Positions 34,622 through 48,800 of a DNA stretch of 64,000 bases are shown one piece after another. The first letter of the stretch is position 1; each line of letters opens with the position of its first letter. The DNA lies in NCBI GenBank assembly GCA_002104905.1, contig MCFE01000291.1:38457-102456 (forward strand). The letters run 5' to 3'. Origin of the DNA: Basidiobolus meristosporus CBS 931.73 (lineage: Eukaryota > Fungi > Basidiobolomycota). The position numbers and the translations under genes are program-made. Under the pieces are notes generated by a model. That model had not been told where the DNA came from. It saw only the letters and a program-made list of their open reading frames with translations, and ran no database searches.

Positions 34622-36224
34622 TTATTCTGTCGGCTTAGTACGTCTACTTGCTCTACAAGGCTTGTCAACTTCTTGTCTAGGTTTTCAACATTTCTCTGTA
34701 TGGATGCGGTATTATCTTGAAGGTTGGTTTCAAGCTGAAAGTAGGGGAATTTGGCACTTAGCGCTATACCATATTGATATGAAAAGAACAAGCTTGAGCC
34801 TTACCTGTTTACATGTATTATCGAGGTCCTGCCCTTTCTGCTGAAGGGATTGTTGTTCAGATGTTAGCATCTTGATGGATTCTTCGAATATAGAAGCCTC
34901 ATTGTGGAGTGATTGTAGCTCATTGAGGCGATTTAAAAGAGGCTGAGTAAGGACAATAACCGGATCGAAAGTCTCTACTGCATTAAATAAATAGTCGATC
35001 TATGAGAAATGAATTCGTTATTGCGGGTTTGGCAAAGATTTAGATGGCAGGAAATATATACTCTATTCTCCAACTCTTGGTGTACAAGCTGGTTATCATC
35101 TTTCTTTCGAAGCTTGATCAAGGCATCGAGTTCGCTGACTATGTTTTTGATGCGACGAGAAATGGGGTCAGTTTGTCGCTGCTGAACCAACTGCTCTAAC
35201 TGCTCTTCCAGATGAACAACTGTCGAAGCCAGACCAGCAGAAGTGGTCGATATTACCTAGGTGAAGTCTAATAAGTACGGCTGAAAAACAAATAGAAATG
35301 CCTTATCTACTAACGGATTCCTTGAAGACCTGTGATGAATTTGTTCCAATAATCTTCTCCAAAGCAGATATGCGCTTTTCGATAGCAGCAGTCAAAGCGA
35401 CGGGGTCTACTTCAGCCGACTTCTTGGTGGTGGTTGATTTCTTTACGCATTGATTAGCATGCAACTTCCGGGCATCGATTCCGTCTAAAAGGCCTACCTG
35501 GGAATTGTTTAATTCCTGAGCATTCTCCAAAGTAAACGACTTGAGTTGGTTGATCAGACTGCTGGCTTCCTTTTCAGCAGTGGTCTTTTTCAACCTTTCA
35601 GTAAGCTGGCTTAGGTTGTTTTGTAGTTGGGATACTTGGGAGGAGAGCGCAGAATTGGACTCATTGTTCTGTGCAAATTGGTTGGCCAAAATACTTTCGT
35701 AGATATCAAAAGGAGTAAACATATACTTGTATCTCATCGTGTAACTCTTGTATCTCAAGCAAGAGTCTTTCGTGTCGCTGAGGAAGTGTTTCTTCCAATA
35801 ATGAGTGTGTAGGCAAGATTTCCAGTTCTGAATTTTCGCTACTATTAAGGTAATTCCGATACATGGCACGTTTTTGCCGGCTCAGGCTTTTGGGGAGCTC
35901 TAGATGTTTCCAGGCGGTTAGATGTGGTGTAAAAACTTTGAGCCAGTAAGGAAAGGTGGTTTACCATCACTTGGAGGTTTTACATCGGGTTTGCTCTCGC
36001 TTTCGATCACCTTCAACAGAATTAATTCACTAGGCCACATGAGCTCTAAAAATCCTACACCATACCGTCTTTTCTTGAAGTAATAGGGGAGTGGGATCAG
36101 GTGTTTCGTAGACATCCGGATGAGTATCCTAAAGGCAAGCCAGGTAAATTGCAAAGGCCAAACAATAATATCATAACATATAAGGTACAAGATCTGGTAA
36201 GGTGGCGTATTTTCTTGAAAGCAT
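34622..36224 (-). CDS. DCTN2: Dynactin subunit 2 (dynamitin, p50), multi-exon
   Basis: Spliced N-terminus MLSRKYATLPDL|DTHPDVYETPD matches the dynamitin motif KYADLPGI...PDVYETSD. Also ETLPQRHERLLLEIQELHDE, IEKRISALEKIIG, LLNRLNELQSLHNEASIF. Confidence 0.9.
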
Positions 36225-36735
36225 CTCGTTTCACCTTGGAGCAGGTACGAAGATTTGGAACTTGGCTGGGAAGAGAAGAATATGAGCGAAGTAGTAGTTG
36301 AATCCCTTAATGTAAATTGAGCCAGCATTATAAATAGTGCAATTATGTAGCAATCATCAGTAATTTAGCGTGTAAGCAATACCAAATGGGCCTTCAAGCC
36401 TGCTCAACATGTTTAAAATTTAGTCTGTTTAACTGTTGAAATGATCATGCATTAGTTTAGGCTTATGTTCAATGTGGAAGCCACCATGTTAATGTAGTGG
36501 CTGAACACAATTGATAAGATATATCGCGAATTTCGCAAATACCAATTTATTGAATAGCTAGAAAAAGTTGAAACAAGAACTATGGCAAACGACTATACAT
36601 AAAAATACCAAGAGCTCTTCCGTCGCTACGTGTGCTTCTGATATCGCGGGAGACAAATGTGCTTTTCGAAATACAGGAATGGGAACTAAAGTATCTTTGA
36701 GTGTTCTATAAATCCGCATCAAAATAAAGTTGGAA

Positions 36736-38566
36736 TCATTGCATTGGGTTCACTGGCAAGAAGTTTCCGACAATTCCCGTGGGAATATTGTACTTGTCGC
36801 GTCGGATTGTAAACGAGAAACAGCAGGACATGGCATTACTATCAATATCCTCTGGCTTCTTGAGGTAGCATGAAGTCAACACTGCCTTTTGGCCAGCGTC
36901 AAAAGCGATATTGCCATATTTCTATATAACGACAAAGTAAATCTAGTGGCTCTTGAAGTGGTGTAGGCAGGAAATACGTACCTCCCAATAATTTACCGCG
37001 GATTCTTCGGTCATCAGCTAGAAAGATTCAGTTAACGCCATTCTATTGTCCACAAGGTCTTGCAGTAACAAGAAATACCTCATAAATGCATATTTTCCCC
37101 TACAAATATACGTTTGATGGTATTAAGTCATGACCCGATACCCATAGCCTAATTGATGAAATTACCTCGCTTAGCATTTCGATAGGGATGCCCACAAGAT
37201 GTGCGAACTCCTTATTGCCCTTGTAAATTTCACCTGTACGCCGCCATAAGCAGGCGGGAATTCCCATGGAACTGAATACACGATCGTAATCCTGCAAGAA
37301 ATATTGTTCGTGTTAATATCATATCATTATAGCAAATGACCGTGAAATGTACCAGCAACAAACGCTCAAATGCTTCTTCAACCAATACAAGATCTATATC
37401 TGTTAACGACTGAGCAATAGCCCGAAACGCTGGTCTGAATGTTCCCATTACTCCGATAATTCTTTGCTTGCTCAGGTGAGACATACTAATTAAACGCGGC
37501 TTAGAACGATCCAATAACATACACAATTGTATCTTCCTACTGGGAATCCATATATCGCTGTAAGCGTTCATAGCCCTTGACGTAATTGTATGGCTTAAGA
37601 AGGCCAGCTTCAAATTTGGCACTAATGATTTCAGTTAGGCGATCTTCGAAGGTACCATCCGATGGATCTGCAGCGGTAAGGAAAAACTTCTCTGTGGTGT
37701 TGACAGGAGCACCAGCAGCACTGAAATTACTCTGTGTTCCGTTCAAACTCTCCAAAAAATCGCTGTAGTAATCAGACAGTTAGTGCGACTGCTAACAGCA
37801 TGGAGACTCTAGTAGTATGATAGCACCTTATTACAGAAAATTCGTTCCCAACGTGCTCGCTTGCAAACGCAAGAGGCGCAGATGGCATGTTCGTAAGCTG
37901 ATCAACAGTAAGAGGTAAGGTTTTGAAAGAATTGTCCAAGCCTGGGGAAACTATATCACAGAAGGTTAGTAAAGAGCGTATGCGACTCTAGAGCAGCTGA
38001 TTGTACTTGTTGGAGCCGAGGTTTGCTGAATACCATTGAAACTGGTCGGTGTTTTTGGGGTGTTGTTTTTTGTTTCGTTGTGGCACAAATGACCGATATT
38101 TCGCTTAATGCAGCGTTGGCAAGGTCGGCCTATTAACAGTTTGGTTTAAAGAAAGTCTGTGTACATATACTGTAACAACCAACAAGGTATGTCTACACGC
38201 TACAGTAAACAAAGTTTACAACGTCATATTACCATCATCGCAAGTCATGTGAGAACGACGACAATATACACAAGCTATAAATAACACGAGCGTCAGTCTT
38301 TAATAATCGAGTTAGCTGAAGTTATCAATTTCATAAAGAATCGATTCCCGACCTTGAGTTACTTTACGCCTTTTGGGCCCGGCTCTTTTCTTTTTTGATT
38401 CTTTGTTATCTTGCGCTCCAGCTATGTCAGATTTATTTCTTTCCTCTGGTGGCACAGAGCCTGAACTAAGACTCGGTGCTCGTGCATGATAATTGTTCTG
38501 ATTATCCACGTCGGCGACTGAACCTTGCTGATAAAAAGACGATGGGTTGAAGTGATAATCAGACAT
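36736..38566 (-). CDS. RDS2: Zn2Cys6 transcription factor with C-terminal PAS domain (RDS2/AcuM gluconeogenesis-regulator type), multi-exon
   Basis: KRRKVTQACVYCRRSHMTCDDGRPCQRCIKRNIGHLCH, IPACLWRRTGEIYKGNKEFA, CCFSFTIRRDKYNIPTGIVGNFLP. Confidence 0.88.
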
Positions 38567-39636
38567 TCAAGACAATATATCACAATTATTGAAGCTATGA
38601 AAGATACACTATGTATAAGTAGCTAGTAAGTAGTTATAAAGGGTACAGTAGCAAATATGTTTGAAGACCATTCAGCATGTGCTAATAAGCGAGCTACCAA
38701 ATATTCTACGAAAAAAATCATGGGATCATGATTGCGACCCGGTCGAGCCCGAGATCATCATGCTCAACAAATATGATCATGCACTTTCGAATTTGGCAAA
38801 GGCAAATAATTGTGGGAATTGGAAAACCTCATTGATTAGATGAAAATTGGACTACCTCGTCACATGACAGTTGTCACATCGAACGTTTACCTAAGGACAT
38901 TCAAAAGAGAGCTGGAGGGGAGGAATGGAGTGGAATAATACTTCAAATCAAAAATATTCCCGAGGATCCATTCTGCATGCAGCGGTTAGATTATCCCATG
39001 TTTGAGGCTCTTTAAATCGCGCCTGACTAAACAGAAACTAAACATCCATTGCCAAGCAATCGTCCAACATCTTTTCCACCACATTATTCACTGAAATTTA
39101 ACAATCTCGACCCATGAGAGCTTGAATTGATTCTGATCCCACACTTTCTCGTAACAATACTACAACTGCTGAGATTGCGCAATCCACCAATATATGCCAA
39201 TACATATGGCCATCCGTGCCAATCCGAATTCTTGGTGGATAATTGTGAGTCCGTAAATTCCCTTCCGTCTTAAGGCTTAAAGGATATAGTAATGGACAGA
39301 AGCAATTTTTGTGTAGAGCAGTTAGGAGAGCGGTATCCGCAGGTAAATCCTCTAAAAACCATCCGCAATTATTAATGAGCTAGTCACAGGTGGTTGGATA
39401 CTAGCAATACTCTGTTTATTGGCCAATAGGAATTGATCTCACTATTTTCCATCGGGGTATGTAGGAGCGTTTCCCCTCATATAAATATCATTCTGAGAGT
39501 GAAGAATTTTACTGCCCACCGAAGTTGTTTAAGGAAGTATCCTAAATCTTTTTTCAAGCTAGTGCTTACAATACCTTCGTATTTTGTACCTGTGTTGCCA
39601 CAAGCCGAAGTAATATCGACTATTATCACCTGAAAT

Positions 39637-40233
39637 ATGAACACTTTAAGCAAATCTGGTCAGCTTCTCCTTCGTAGAAATACCTCGCAACTGATTTCTA
39701 GAGCTTACAGCTCTCAGTTGTCGGTTCGCCCCAGCTCATTTTTGCGTGCCTCTCCGAACATGTTGTCCGGGGGTATTCAGAGGAACTTCCTAAGAGCTCA
39801 TCCTTTGCGCTTTTACTCCTCTGAGACCATTGCCAAGTCTGCTAGTGAGAAGAAGCCTAGCAAGTTGAAGGAACTGATCACAAAGTATGGTAAAACTGCC
39901 ACTGTCGCATACCTTGGCATCTCTGCCATCGATCTCGCTTTGACCTTTTGGCTTGTGAGCGTTGGAGGCGAGGGTTTTGTTAGCAGCCTTGAAAACTGGT
40001 TGTTGGAAAACTTCGGCAACTGGAAATTCGTGAAGAAGGAGGTTGAAGACGAGATTTTATCAACCGAGGAGAAGCAGAGCGGAGCCCCTTCTCTAACATC
40101 TACTTTCTTAGTTGCTTACAGCATTCACAAGCTCCTGATGCCCATCCGTGTGCCTATCACTGCTGCGGTGACTCCGTCCCTGGCACGTAAATTCCAACAG
40201 CTCGGATGGACGATTTTTGTTAAAAAGCCTTAG
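39637..40233 (+). CDS. DUF1279/FAM210-like mitochondrial membrane protein, intronless
   Basis: Arg/Ser-rich presequence, then KLKELITKYGKTATVAYLGISAIDL and FLVAYSIHKLLMPIRVPITAAVTP. Confidence 0.88.
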   Translation: MNTLSKSGQLLLRRNTSQLISRAYSSQLSVRPSSFLRASPNMLSGGIQRNFLRAHPLRFYSSETIAKSASEKKPSKLKELITKYGKTATVAYLGISAIDLALTFWLVSVGGEGFVSSLENWLLENFGNWKFVKKEVEDEILSTEEKQSGAPSLTSTFLVAYSIHKLLMPIRVPITAAVTPSLARKFQQLGWTIFVKKP

Positions 40234-40999
40234 ATCACCTAATATCAACTCTCAGCATTCAACACTTCCTCCGGCATTTGAGATCTTCTATACATACACA
40301 CCAAATAAATCTAATGTACTCTTTAGGTTCGGCGTTCCCCATTCAACATGCTTTATATACGCCTGATCACCACACGATACGAGCCTGATGATTTATTCTC
40401 GCGATTAATTTCGATCAGACAGGCTGCTCAGTATAGGAACAAGTTAATCGTGTTTTAGGTTGTGTCACATGAGTGGGTGCGCTCAGGTAGCCTTTGGTAA
40501 CTGATCATTGGTTTCGCCTTGTGTGGTCCAGGAATGGTAGGTGCTTATCTAATATAGTAAGTTTTATATCGTTTCAGTTTCTATGCTTGTTGTACATGAA
40601 TAAATAAGCTAAAGCCATTAGAACGTGAGAGTTGATACTGACCTCCTGGAACTCCGTGAGCTGTCCACAAGATTTGGAATCCCAATGCGCTATGGATAAT
40701 CTTCCATGACTAAGTGCAAAGTCTTGGCTTACGCTCACACGTACTGACGCACTGTATCCATCAATCTTCAAGTATCAGATCATTGAATATTTTGCTGGGT
40801 TTCTGATCCCCGGTTCAAGATTGGTGATATAGATGGAATCTAATTCATTATGGCTTTCCAAATTTGCCGACCAGATATCGCTATCCCATCCGTTTTGGTT
40901 AAGATACCATACGCTGCCCAGTTGCACTCTACGTTTATTCAATTTTCAGAACCTTGCTGCTAGCTAGGTCTTCTTATTTAGTACAGTTAGTTATTGTCA

Positions 41000-42569
41000 A
41001 TGAGCGAACACAAGGAAGTTTTAGATGATGAGCCTCGTAGCATTCTTCTTGGGATCATTTCTCAACTAACCCGCGGAACCGATCTCTCTCGTGTGACTCT
41101 TCCGGTGTTTATCCTGGAGCCCAGAAGCTTTCTAGAAAAAGTGACCGATTTTATGAGCCATCCTGACCTGATTCAAAGGTACGAGAACCATCTATATTAC
41201 GTGTTTGCTACCGGAAAGGTGTTCGTTCCCACATAGCCCTTGAATAACCATGGATTTCTCTTCTCAACACAGAGCCGCATTCGTAGATGATCCTTTGGAA
41301 CGCTTTATACAAATTGTTAGATACTATTTATCAGGTTGGCACATTCAGCCCAAGGTAAGCCCATGTCAGTTTCCAAAAGATGCAGAACAGTTCTTCATAA
41401 TCTTTTGTATTAAAGGGTGTGAAGAAGCCGTACAACCCGGTTCTTGGAGAGCACTTCCGTTGCAAATGGACTTTTCCTGACTCAACCGAAGCCTTCTACA
41501 TTGCTGAGCAAGTCTCCCACCACCCGCCAATCACGGCCTATGCGATTTACAGTCCAGAAAATTACCTTTTAGCCACAGGGGAGCTAAAGCCAAAATCGAA
41601 ATTCTTAGGCAATAGTGCGGCTAGCATGCTCCATGGAAGCACCAGGGTCCAATTCTTGAACATCCCCGGTGAAGAGTACTTCATCACCTACCCAAATATC
41701 TACGCTAGGGGCATTCTCTTTGGTACAATGATGATGGAGCTTGGCGATCATGTTACTGTTAGTTGTCCACAAAACGATTTCATTTGCAATGTGGAATTTA
41801 AAACCAAGGTTTGTAGCGCGGTTACATCGGTTTCTATACTCCAAGAATCGTACTTAACACACCTTTTCTAGGGTTTTTTTTCGGGAACATACAATGCGAT
41901 TGTAGGGACGATAAAAAAGAAATCCACTGGAGAGGTTTTATTTGAAATCGGAGGAAACTGGTCCGACAAAATGAATATAAGACAAGTTCAGGTTTGATCA
42001 ATCAAGTTTCAGATTGCTTTTGGTTAGCTTAACTGACGATTCTCAATCAGAATGGTCGCAAAGGACCTTGGAAGCCATTCCTTGATGTTAACGCCAACCC
42101 AGTGTATCCCAAAACCGTTGTTCCTGAAGCGCAACAGGAACCATACGAGTCCAGAAGGTTTATCTCTTCGTTTACAATATATCTGCTCAGCACATGATTA
42201 ACATGGTGTAGACTATGGTCCAAGGTTACTGATGCCCTTCGGAGCCGAAATTTGAATCTCGCTACCGACGAGAAAACCTCCATCGAAGACAATCAGCGAC
42301 GGTTGACCAAGGAAAGAAATGAAAAGGATCTGAACTGGGTCCCTAGATTCTTCACATACAAGAATGGCCAATACATCCCTATACTGAACCAGTATGTGTC
42401 ATTTGCTGATCATCCTTTCCATGGGCGTATTTCTTGGCATCGTTCTCTAACACACAAATCAAGTATCTCTGCAGATCCCAAAACCGCCAAAGCACAGATA
42501 GAGCAGTTTATCTTTTCACCGCACGAGGCAAACGTCAGTTATCAAGAGCTTCATGCAGCTCACCAATAA
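41000..42569 (+). CDS. Oxysterol-binding protein homolog (OSH6/OSH7-like lipid transfer protein), multi-exon
   Basis: SQLTRGTDLSRVTLPVFILEPRSFLE, KKPYNPVLGEHF, EQVSHHPP (OSBP signature), ESRRLWSKVT. Confidence 0.93.
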
Positions 42570-42966
42570 CAGACCTCACTGCTGCGGAATCTTAATGGCC
42601 CATACTTGCCATTTTCACTCGGACTTTTCGGATCTTAATCATTCTGAAGATACATTCTAATGAAAGCGTACATTCATGAAGCTGAAAATCCATACATGCT
42701 CATTTTCTGCCTGGGATAGGTGGAATTTTGGATCTTCATTATTTATGTTAATAAATTGTTTTACCAAGGAAGGAATAGTATCATTCAAACTTCAGTAATA
42801 GCCAGCCTCCAAAACTCAATGCTATCTTAGCATGGCATTAAAGCTCAGGATCTATACTTTATTTCTCTGATAGCTGTCAAAATGGTGAGAAATGCATGAA
42901 CCAAGATGGTATCTTTACAGACGCTATAACAGATATTTAACGGCACTTGGGGCGTACCTCACTTTC

Positions 42967-45867
42967 TCATTGCCGAATATTCGTTAGTGGAATATCATTT
43001 TGCCGTCCGTTCCCTGGATAAGTGGGATGTTGAAAGCTATTCTGGTGCGTGTTTGGTGGATAATATACAGTGGGCGGAGGTGGGCCATTATATAATGTAG
43101 GGTCCACATATCCAGCATCGTATCGAGTCGAAGGGGGATATGTTGTTTGAATCACAGTTCGCTTCCTCTTGACGCGCCTGCAGCAGCATGACCAAAGACA
43201 GCAAAGAGCTATAGCTGCACCAATGGAAATCAATGCAATGGATAGGGCTCTGTTTTGATCGAACCAGCTTCTGACAGAATCAACTATAGATATTTGATAA
43301 AGGGTCAATTGAAGTGCTATCGAAAAGGAGTAGGCAGTGTAAACGATTACCCATATTACCACTCTGGCAAACGCCCTTCAAACACTTTCCGCTGAGTCCA
43401 CATGTAGTGCCGTCAATAAACTGTCCTTGCATTATCACGCAAGCGTTGGATCTTTCCGGGCTATTGCAAACAAATTGGCAAGGATCTGCACTAATATAGG
43501 AAGTGCAAGCTTTGGTGATACCCATACGTTGACCGCGAGCAGCACACTGAGCATCCCTTGAAGTGCATTGACCAGATGCACATTTTAAGCCTGAGCCACT
43601 TGCACCACAGTCTTTACCATCCTCGATGTAAGTGTCAGTGGGACAAGTTGGGGACACTCCGTTGCACATCTCTACAATATCACATTCTGACTGAGCGGGT
43701 CTACATGTAGTGTTAGCAGGCTTCAATTGGCAATCCTTGCAGCATTCATCTCCGTCATCGCTAAGATGAATAAAGTCGTGTTAGGTGACTAAAAATCTTT
43801 CAGGATGTAAATATGACTACGCACCTGCAAACAGCGCCGGGTTTCAATTTACATTGAGGCGTACAGCAAGGGCAATCCACCGAAGTTCCACAATCGCATT
43901 CCTCCCCTGGCTCTTTGATACCGTTCCCACACATAGATTCGCGGATTGTACTTTTACTTCCAGGCACTAGAATACAGAAGTCAGTAAATATTGGTCGTTA
44001 GCGCTAACTATACTTTGCACAAACCTTCTAAACACTGGCCTATATTGGGGATATTGCTACATATATCCCTGATGGAACATGGACTAAATCCGATCTGTGT
44101 TAGACTCTTGCTAAATGCAGCAAAGTAATGGTGAATACCTGAAGTTTTTAGCGTTCATATCACTGGTTGGGTTCATCAAATACTGCCCTTTGCAATCACA
44201 GGTACCGTCACAAGGACAGCAGTCACAATTTGTGCAAGGGCATTGAGAGTTGATGCAATCATGTTTTGCGCCAAAGTTATGACCAATCTCATGAGCAACA
44301 ACCTTCCATTCCATTGCTGTCGCCGATGACACGCCAGTTCCAGATACGTAGTCGTTGTTTTGCCTCTTCGTTGAGGTAACGCATGCTTGATCGAGCCAGG
44401 CCACACCTACTTTGGGCCCTGAGGAGCACTTTGTCATTAAATGCCATAAGCCGGTACCGTCCTCCCCTAGAGTACCCCTCCAGCGAGTGAAATCATTTAG
44501 TCTGTCATTGATGTTGTATGCATCTGAACAACCACGATTCCACGCAATTGTAGAATCTGGAGTGGAAGGGCATACTTCGGAACGGACCTCCAGTTTGACA
44601 ACACCCAATGCAATGTTAAATGTGGACTCGTAAACACCAGAAGCAATGTTCCAATTGCTCAATATGCTTTTTGTAGCCTCCTCAATGCCCTTCTTATATG
44701 CCACTGGCATACATGTTAGTGTTGAGTATAAAATCTACGCTAGGCGATTGAGCTAAAGATTACATACCATAAGCACAATCAGCAGCAACACCCTGGGGAA
44801 AGCCATTATTAGCAAGTCGATATCACGCAAGATGATGGTTACGAACACCACTATTTACCATGTACATCACTTTTCTTGAAGTGGGACAACCAGCAGTCCC
44901 TTCTGTCGGTGCTCTTTTATTTAGTCTTTGATAGTCGCCCTGATCGTCCCATGCATATGGCGATAGCTTCTTTGTGGCGGTAATGTTCTTGTTGAACCCT
45001 AACCCTTCAGTACCGCAGGTTCCTTCTTTGTGTCTGTTGCCCAGAAGATTGGACAGCTCGCCGCGCCCGTCACCAAACTCTCGTTTTCGAAGATTTTGAG
45101 CTGGCCCGCTCTTCTGATCAGAAAGTTTGTATATGATTGTGGACGACCATTTTTGGTGGGAAGGTCTGGCCGAAGGACTTGCTATTTCTGGATCGTAGAA
45201 TCGTTTACTGAGCTTATACGAAGCGATAGGTTGGATATGATAGGTCTCCGAATCCAAGGTAAACACTCCTTCATAGATATGTTGTGTATCAGGTATTATC
45301 CTGCTATTATCCTGATGTACAACCAATCGAGCCCAGCCTTTGGTGTGGGCCTTTGGATCGACTCTATATGGCATGTGAAGCCCAACGATTTCCTGGTCAA
45401 GCAGATTGTTAGAAAGCTCAGGCTCTATTACCACTCCCCTATAAATGAGGAAGTTATTAGGAACGATTCTTTGCGTGCTGGGAGAGCCAGAGGCATCGAA
45501 AGTGGTTATTTCTGCCTGTGGGTGAAACAACTCGGTATTTGGCTCCATATGAAGATAAAAGGTACGGTTGAAAGCCTGGAATTGAATACGAAAGCTATCG
45601 TCGTGGAAAAGCTGAGGGTTCTGCTTCAGGGAGCGCTTGGTAATTTTCGGATGTGTGTCATCGTATGAATGCCGGTGAATATTCAACTTGGGATTACTGA
45701 TAAAGTCGTAGCTTAGAAGTCGCGCATTAGGGTCGGCAGTACTATGAGCTAGAAACAATCACAGTTAGGCTTTTCTGTCGAAAACATTGAGTGGAGTGGA
45801 GAGCTATTAAACCTTGTGACACGCTTAAGAGCGGAAGGGACAGTAAAAACAAATGTAGATGCTTCAT
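42967..45867 (-). CDS. ADAM-type membrane metalloprotease (signal peptide, prodomain, reprolysin, disintegrin, Cys-rich, TM, Pro/Tyr-rich tail)
   Basis: [12 protein letters not shown] zinc motif with Met-turn (YLMNP), disintegrin [35 protein letters not shown]; start [14 protein letters not shown]. Confidence 0.93.
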
Positions 45868-48800
45868 TTTTCAGAAGCAGGCTTTGTTCACGACACGTGA
45901 AGGAAGAGATGCTGGGTTGACAAGAAGGAAACTCTCCAAGAGGTATTAATCAACAGCACAAACGGGATGAGCTAGGAACTAACAATTTCTGATCCAAAAG
46001 GTATAATTGATGAAACGTGCAGTGATACAATGCTCAAGGTGCATCCAATATTGATTACACACTTGAAATCGAATCGGTTAGATTGTCTGATATTAAGGAG
46101 ATTCTGGGCAATGGCAGTCACTATTTATGTGAAATTAAACTTTAACGTGCATCCATGTTTATCATATTCAGTTACTATTTGTTGTCGTAGATTAAAACAA
46201 ACCTTTCTAGATTTCCACCTGGCATTCCGATTGACCTATCAGTCTAGTGGTGCTCATTGCTTGGCAGACCTTTTAGTTAGAAGGCGTAAACCTACCCAGT
46301 GGAATCATATCAACTGTACCACAATAGAATCACGTTGCAGCATATTAGACCACATTCGAACTACAGACCCAAGTCCCGAGATTGCGACACTTGAAGCCTA
46401 GCAAGGTAGCCACTGCGAGTCGCACCATTTTGAACACAGCTAACAAAGCCAACCGTTAGGCAGTGGAATTCCTTGGTTTTTAGCATTATTATCAAGGGTT
46501 TTGCGGCGCTGTACGCCGGTCGATACCAAGGGAATAGGCTTGGCCTGGTGCAACTTGGACGTATCTTTGTGACACCCTTCGGCAGCAGTGGAGTTAAGCT
46601 GAAACCAATGATTAATATTTGGAATGTTTGGAACCTGGCAAGTAGCTGTCCTGGACTATTGGATTTATTGGTAAAAATGCGATCAAGTAAAAGCCATCTC
46701 AAACCGGTGATAGTACGATATGGCATATGTATGAAGCTTAATCTAAATTGGCACCGAACGGGCTTGACACCTGATGCTATCTAACCTTCTAGGTGTCATC
46801 AGATTAGTCCTCTGGCACAGACACTAGATATACTGCTGTTAGGTGAATGCCATCAAAGCAACATTTTGTCGGCACCATGAGTAGGCTACCTGACTACTGA
46901 CATCTACGCGTCGAACTCTTGGACAACATTGACGGTTATTTCCCTCGTTTCTTTATCTGAAGTTGCAGCGGACTTCAAATTTCCATGGCATCTTCCTATT
47001 GTTGGGCCTAACATTAAACTCACACTTGTGCCATCAATTGAAACGTGCTTCATGTGGAAATACCCTCCCTGCATCCTCGAATGTCCACAATGCCAAGTTT
47101 GCAGCTTCGACCGATCAGATGAGTGGTGATCCAAGATAATATGTGTGAAATCCCAAGGAAGCCTACTTATGTTATTAACTCCTGAGATGCATCATGTTTA
47201 TTGATGAAGGGGTATGACCACATATGAACAGGAGGGGATACTGTTTCATTGTGATCGAGGGTCTGACGGGTCCTGGGCTATAGCTAGGTATAGGTGATCG
47301 GATAAACTCACTAAAACCTGATGGGAATTATGCTAAACAGCTCACCAAGCTGACTAATTCCACTTTGGCAATTTGCCATTTTACCAGAGCTGATGCATTC
47401 TAAGTGGCATTAAGAATTTCTAGACTAGTTTATTTCATCAGAATTCATCAAAGGAGTGCGCTGGGTGCAATGAGACAATGGTCAAAGCTATTCAAAGGTT
47501 TTTTCTGATATATGGAGAAATAGACTTGCACCGGAGTATGATTTCTTTGAGCTATCTTGTATGATCACAGCACTAGCATATTTTTCCGTATCTCAGACTA
47601 TGCAAGCAAACCAAGCGGTTAGTGGGCAACCATGAAATTATCCTAAAGCTATCCTCGAGGTGTCTGTCGCATATATGAAAAGAAATCGCTGTAATTGAAC
47701 AACCAACACGGCAGCCGCACATTAGGCAAATGATTTCGCGCTGTTCTCACGAAAACATCAAGAGCCAAAGCGCTCTTGCCACAATCACATCATTAACTTT
47801 ACCCATCTCATAGGTATCTCCATGTCAACCCATCACGCATTTTACGGCCAAAAGGTAAACAGTTACCCCCTCACCTGTCCCCAAAAATGCTTCGCCACTT
47901 ACACATGGCGTATTTGTCATGGGCGTATACTGATGAAGCTTATAAAGCATATTTCAAAAAATCTGCTCAGGTCTACGTAGACGGGTGACTGAGGTATGAG
48001 ATAGTCTCCATTGTCAGGGTATTTCGATCAGCAACTAAGGATTGATGTTGATGGGTACAAACAAGTTGGCTGATGATGTCAACACTCGTATCGTTATTCG
48101 AGTCCCGAATCGACCAAGTACTCTAACCATCATTGCCAATTCCATTGGAAGATACCACCCTATAAGAGCTACCACCTTATGGCAAAGGAGATAACAGGCC
48201 ATCAAATCAGATATTTTTCATTGCCCTTACGCATCTATGACACCAGAATAGCAAAGAAAGACCGGTTAGATCAAACCGCGTCCGCCAATCATGGGCTCGA
48301 TGAAATCTGTTACACTGCCAAGGCGTGTAACCACCTATACGTTATGCTATGCTACTTAGCAAGTAGGAGCGGGCTATCCCAATATATCTATTACCCAAGC
48401 GGATTAATCAGTGGCTTGGCAGTTTACAAGTGATACAAATAAGAAACATGATTACCCTATGCTGGATGAATTCAGTTGCTCTATTTAGAATACCGGATCT
48501 TGCATCTCTTGGGATGCTTACGAGTGCTGATGGGATTTTAATGAAACGTATCATTAATAAATTATGCGGGATGATTAATGCCCTGATAATGTTTGAATTC
48601 CGTTCACCCTTAACCATGGATGCCTTCACAATGGTGAAAGAGGTGCTACTGAATTAAGTTAGTATGAGCAAATTAGTGTAATCTTCAATTGCCGTCGAAT
48701 ATATTGGGTGATGCAATCACGAAGTGAAACTCTATGCATTCGAAAATCCTTAATATAAACTCAGAAATATATGTGCCACAACTGTAGCCTAGTTTCGATT

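Noticed and set aside
45030-45668. 212 aa antisense ORF inside the ADAM gene
   Set aside because: Shadow frame of a long coding exon with no domain features.
47375-47389. GCCATTTTACCAGAG resembling U5 snRNA loop 1
   Set aside because: Mismatch in the invariant loop, with no closing stem or Sm site.
48093-48110. TTCGAGTCCC resembling a tRNA T arm
   Set aside because: No cloverleaf, D arm or acceptor stem can be built around it.
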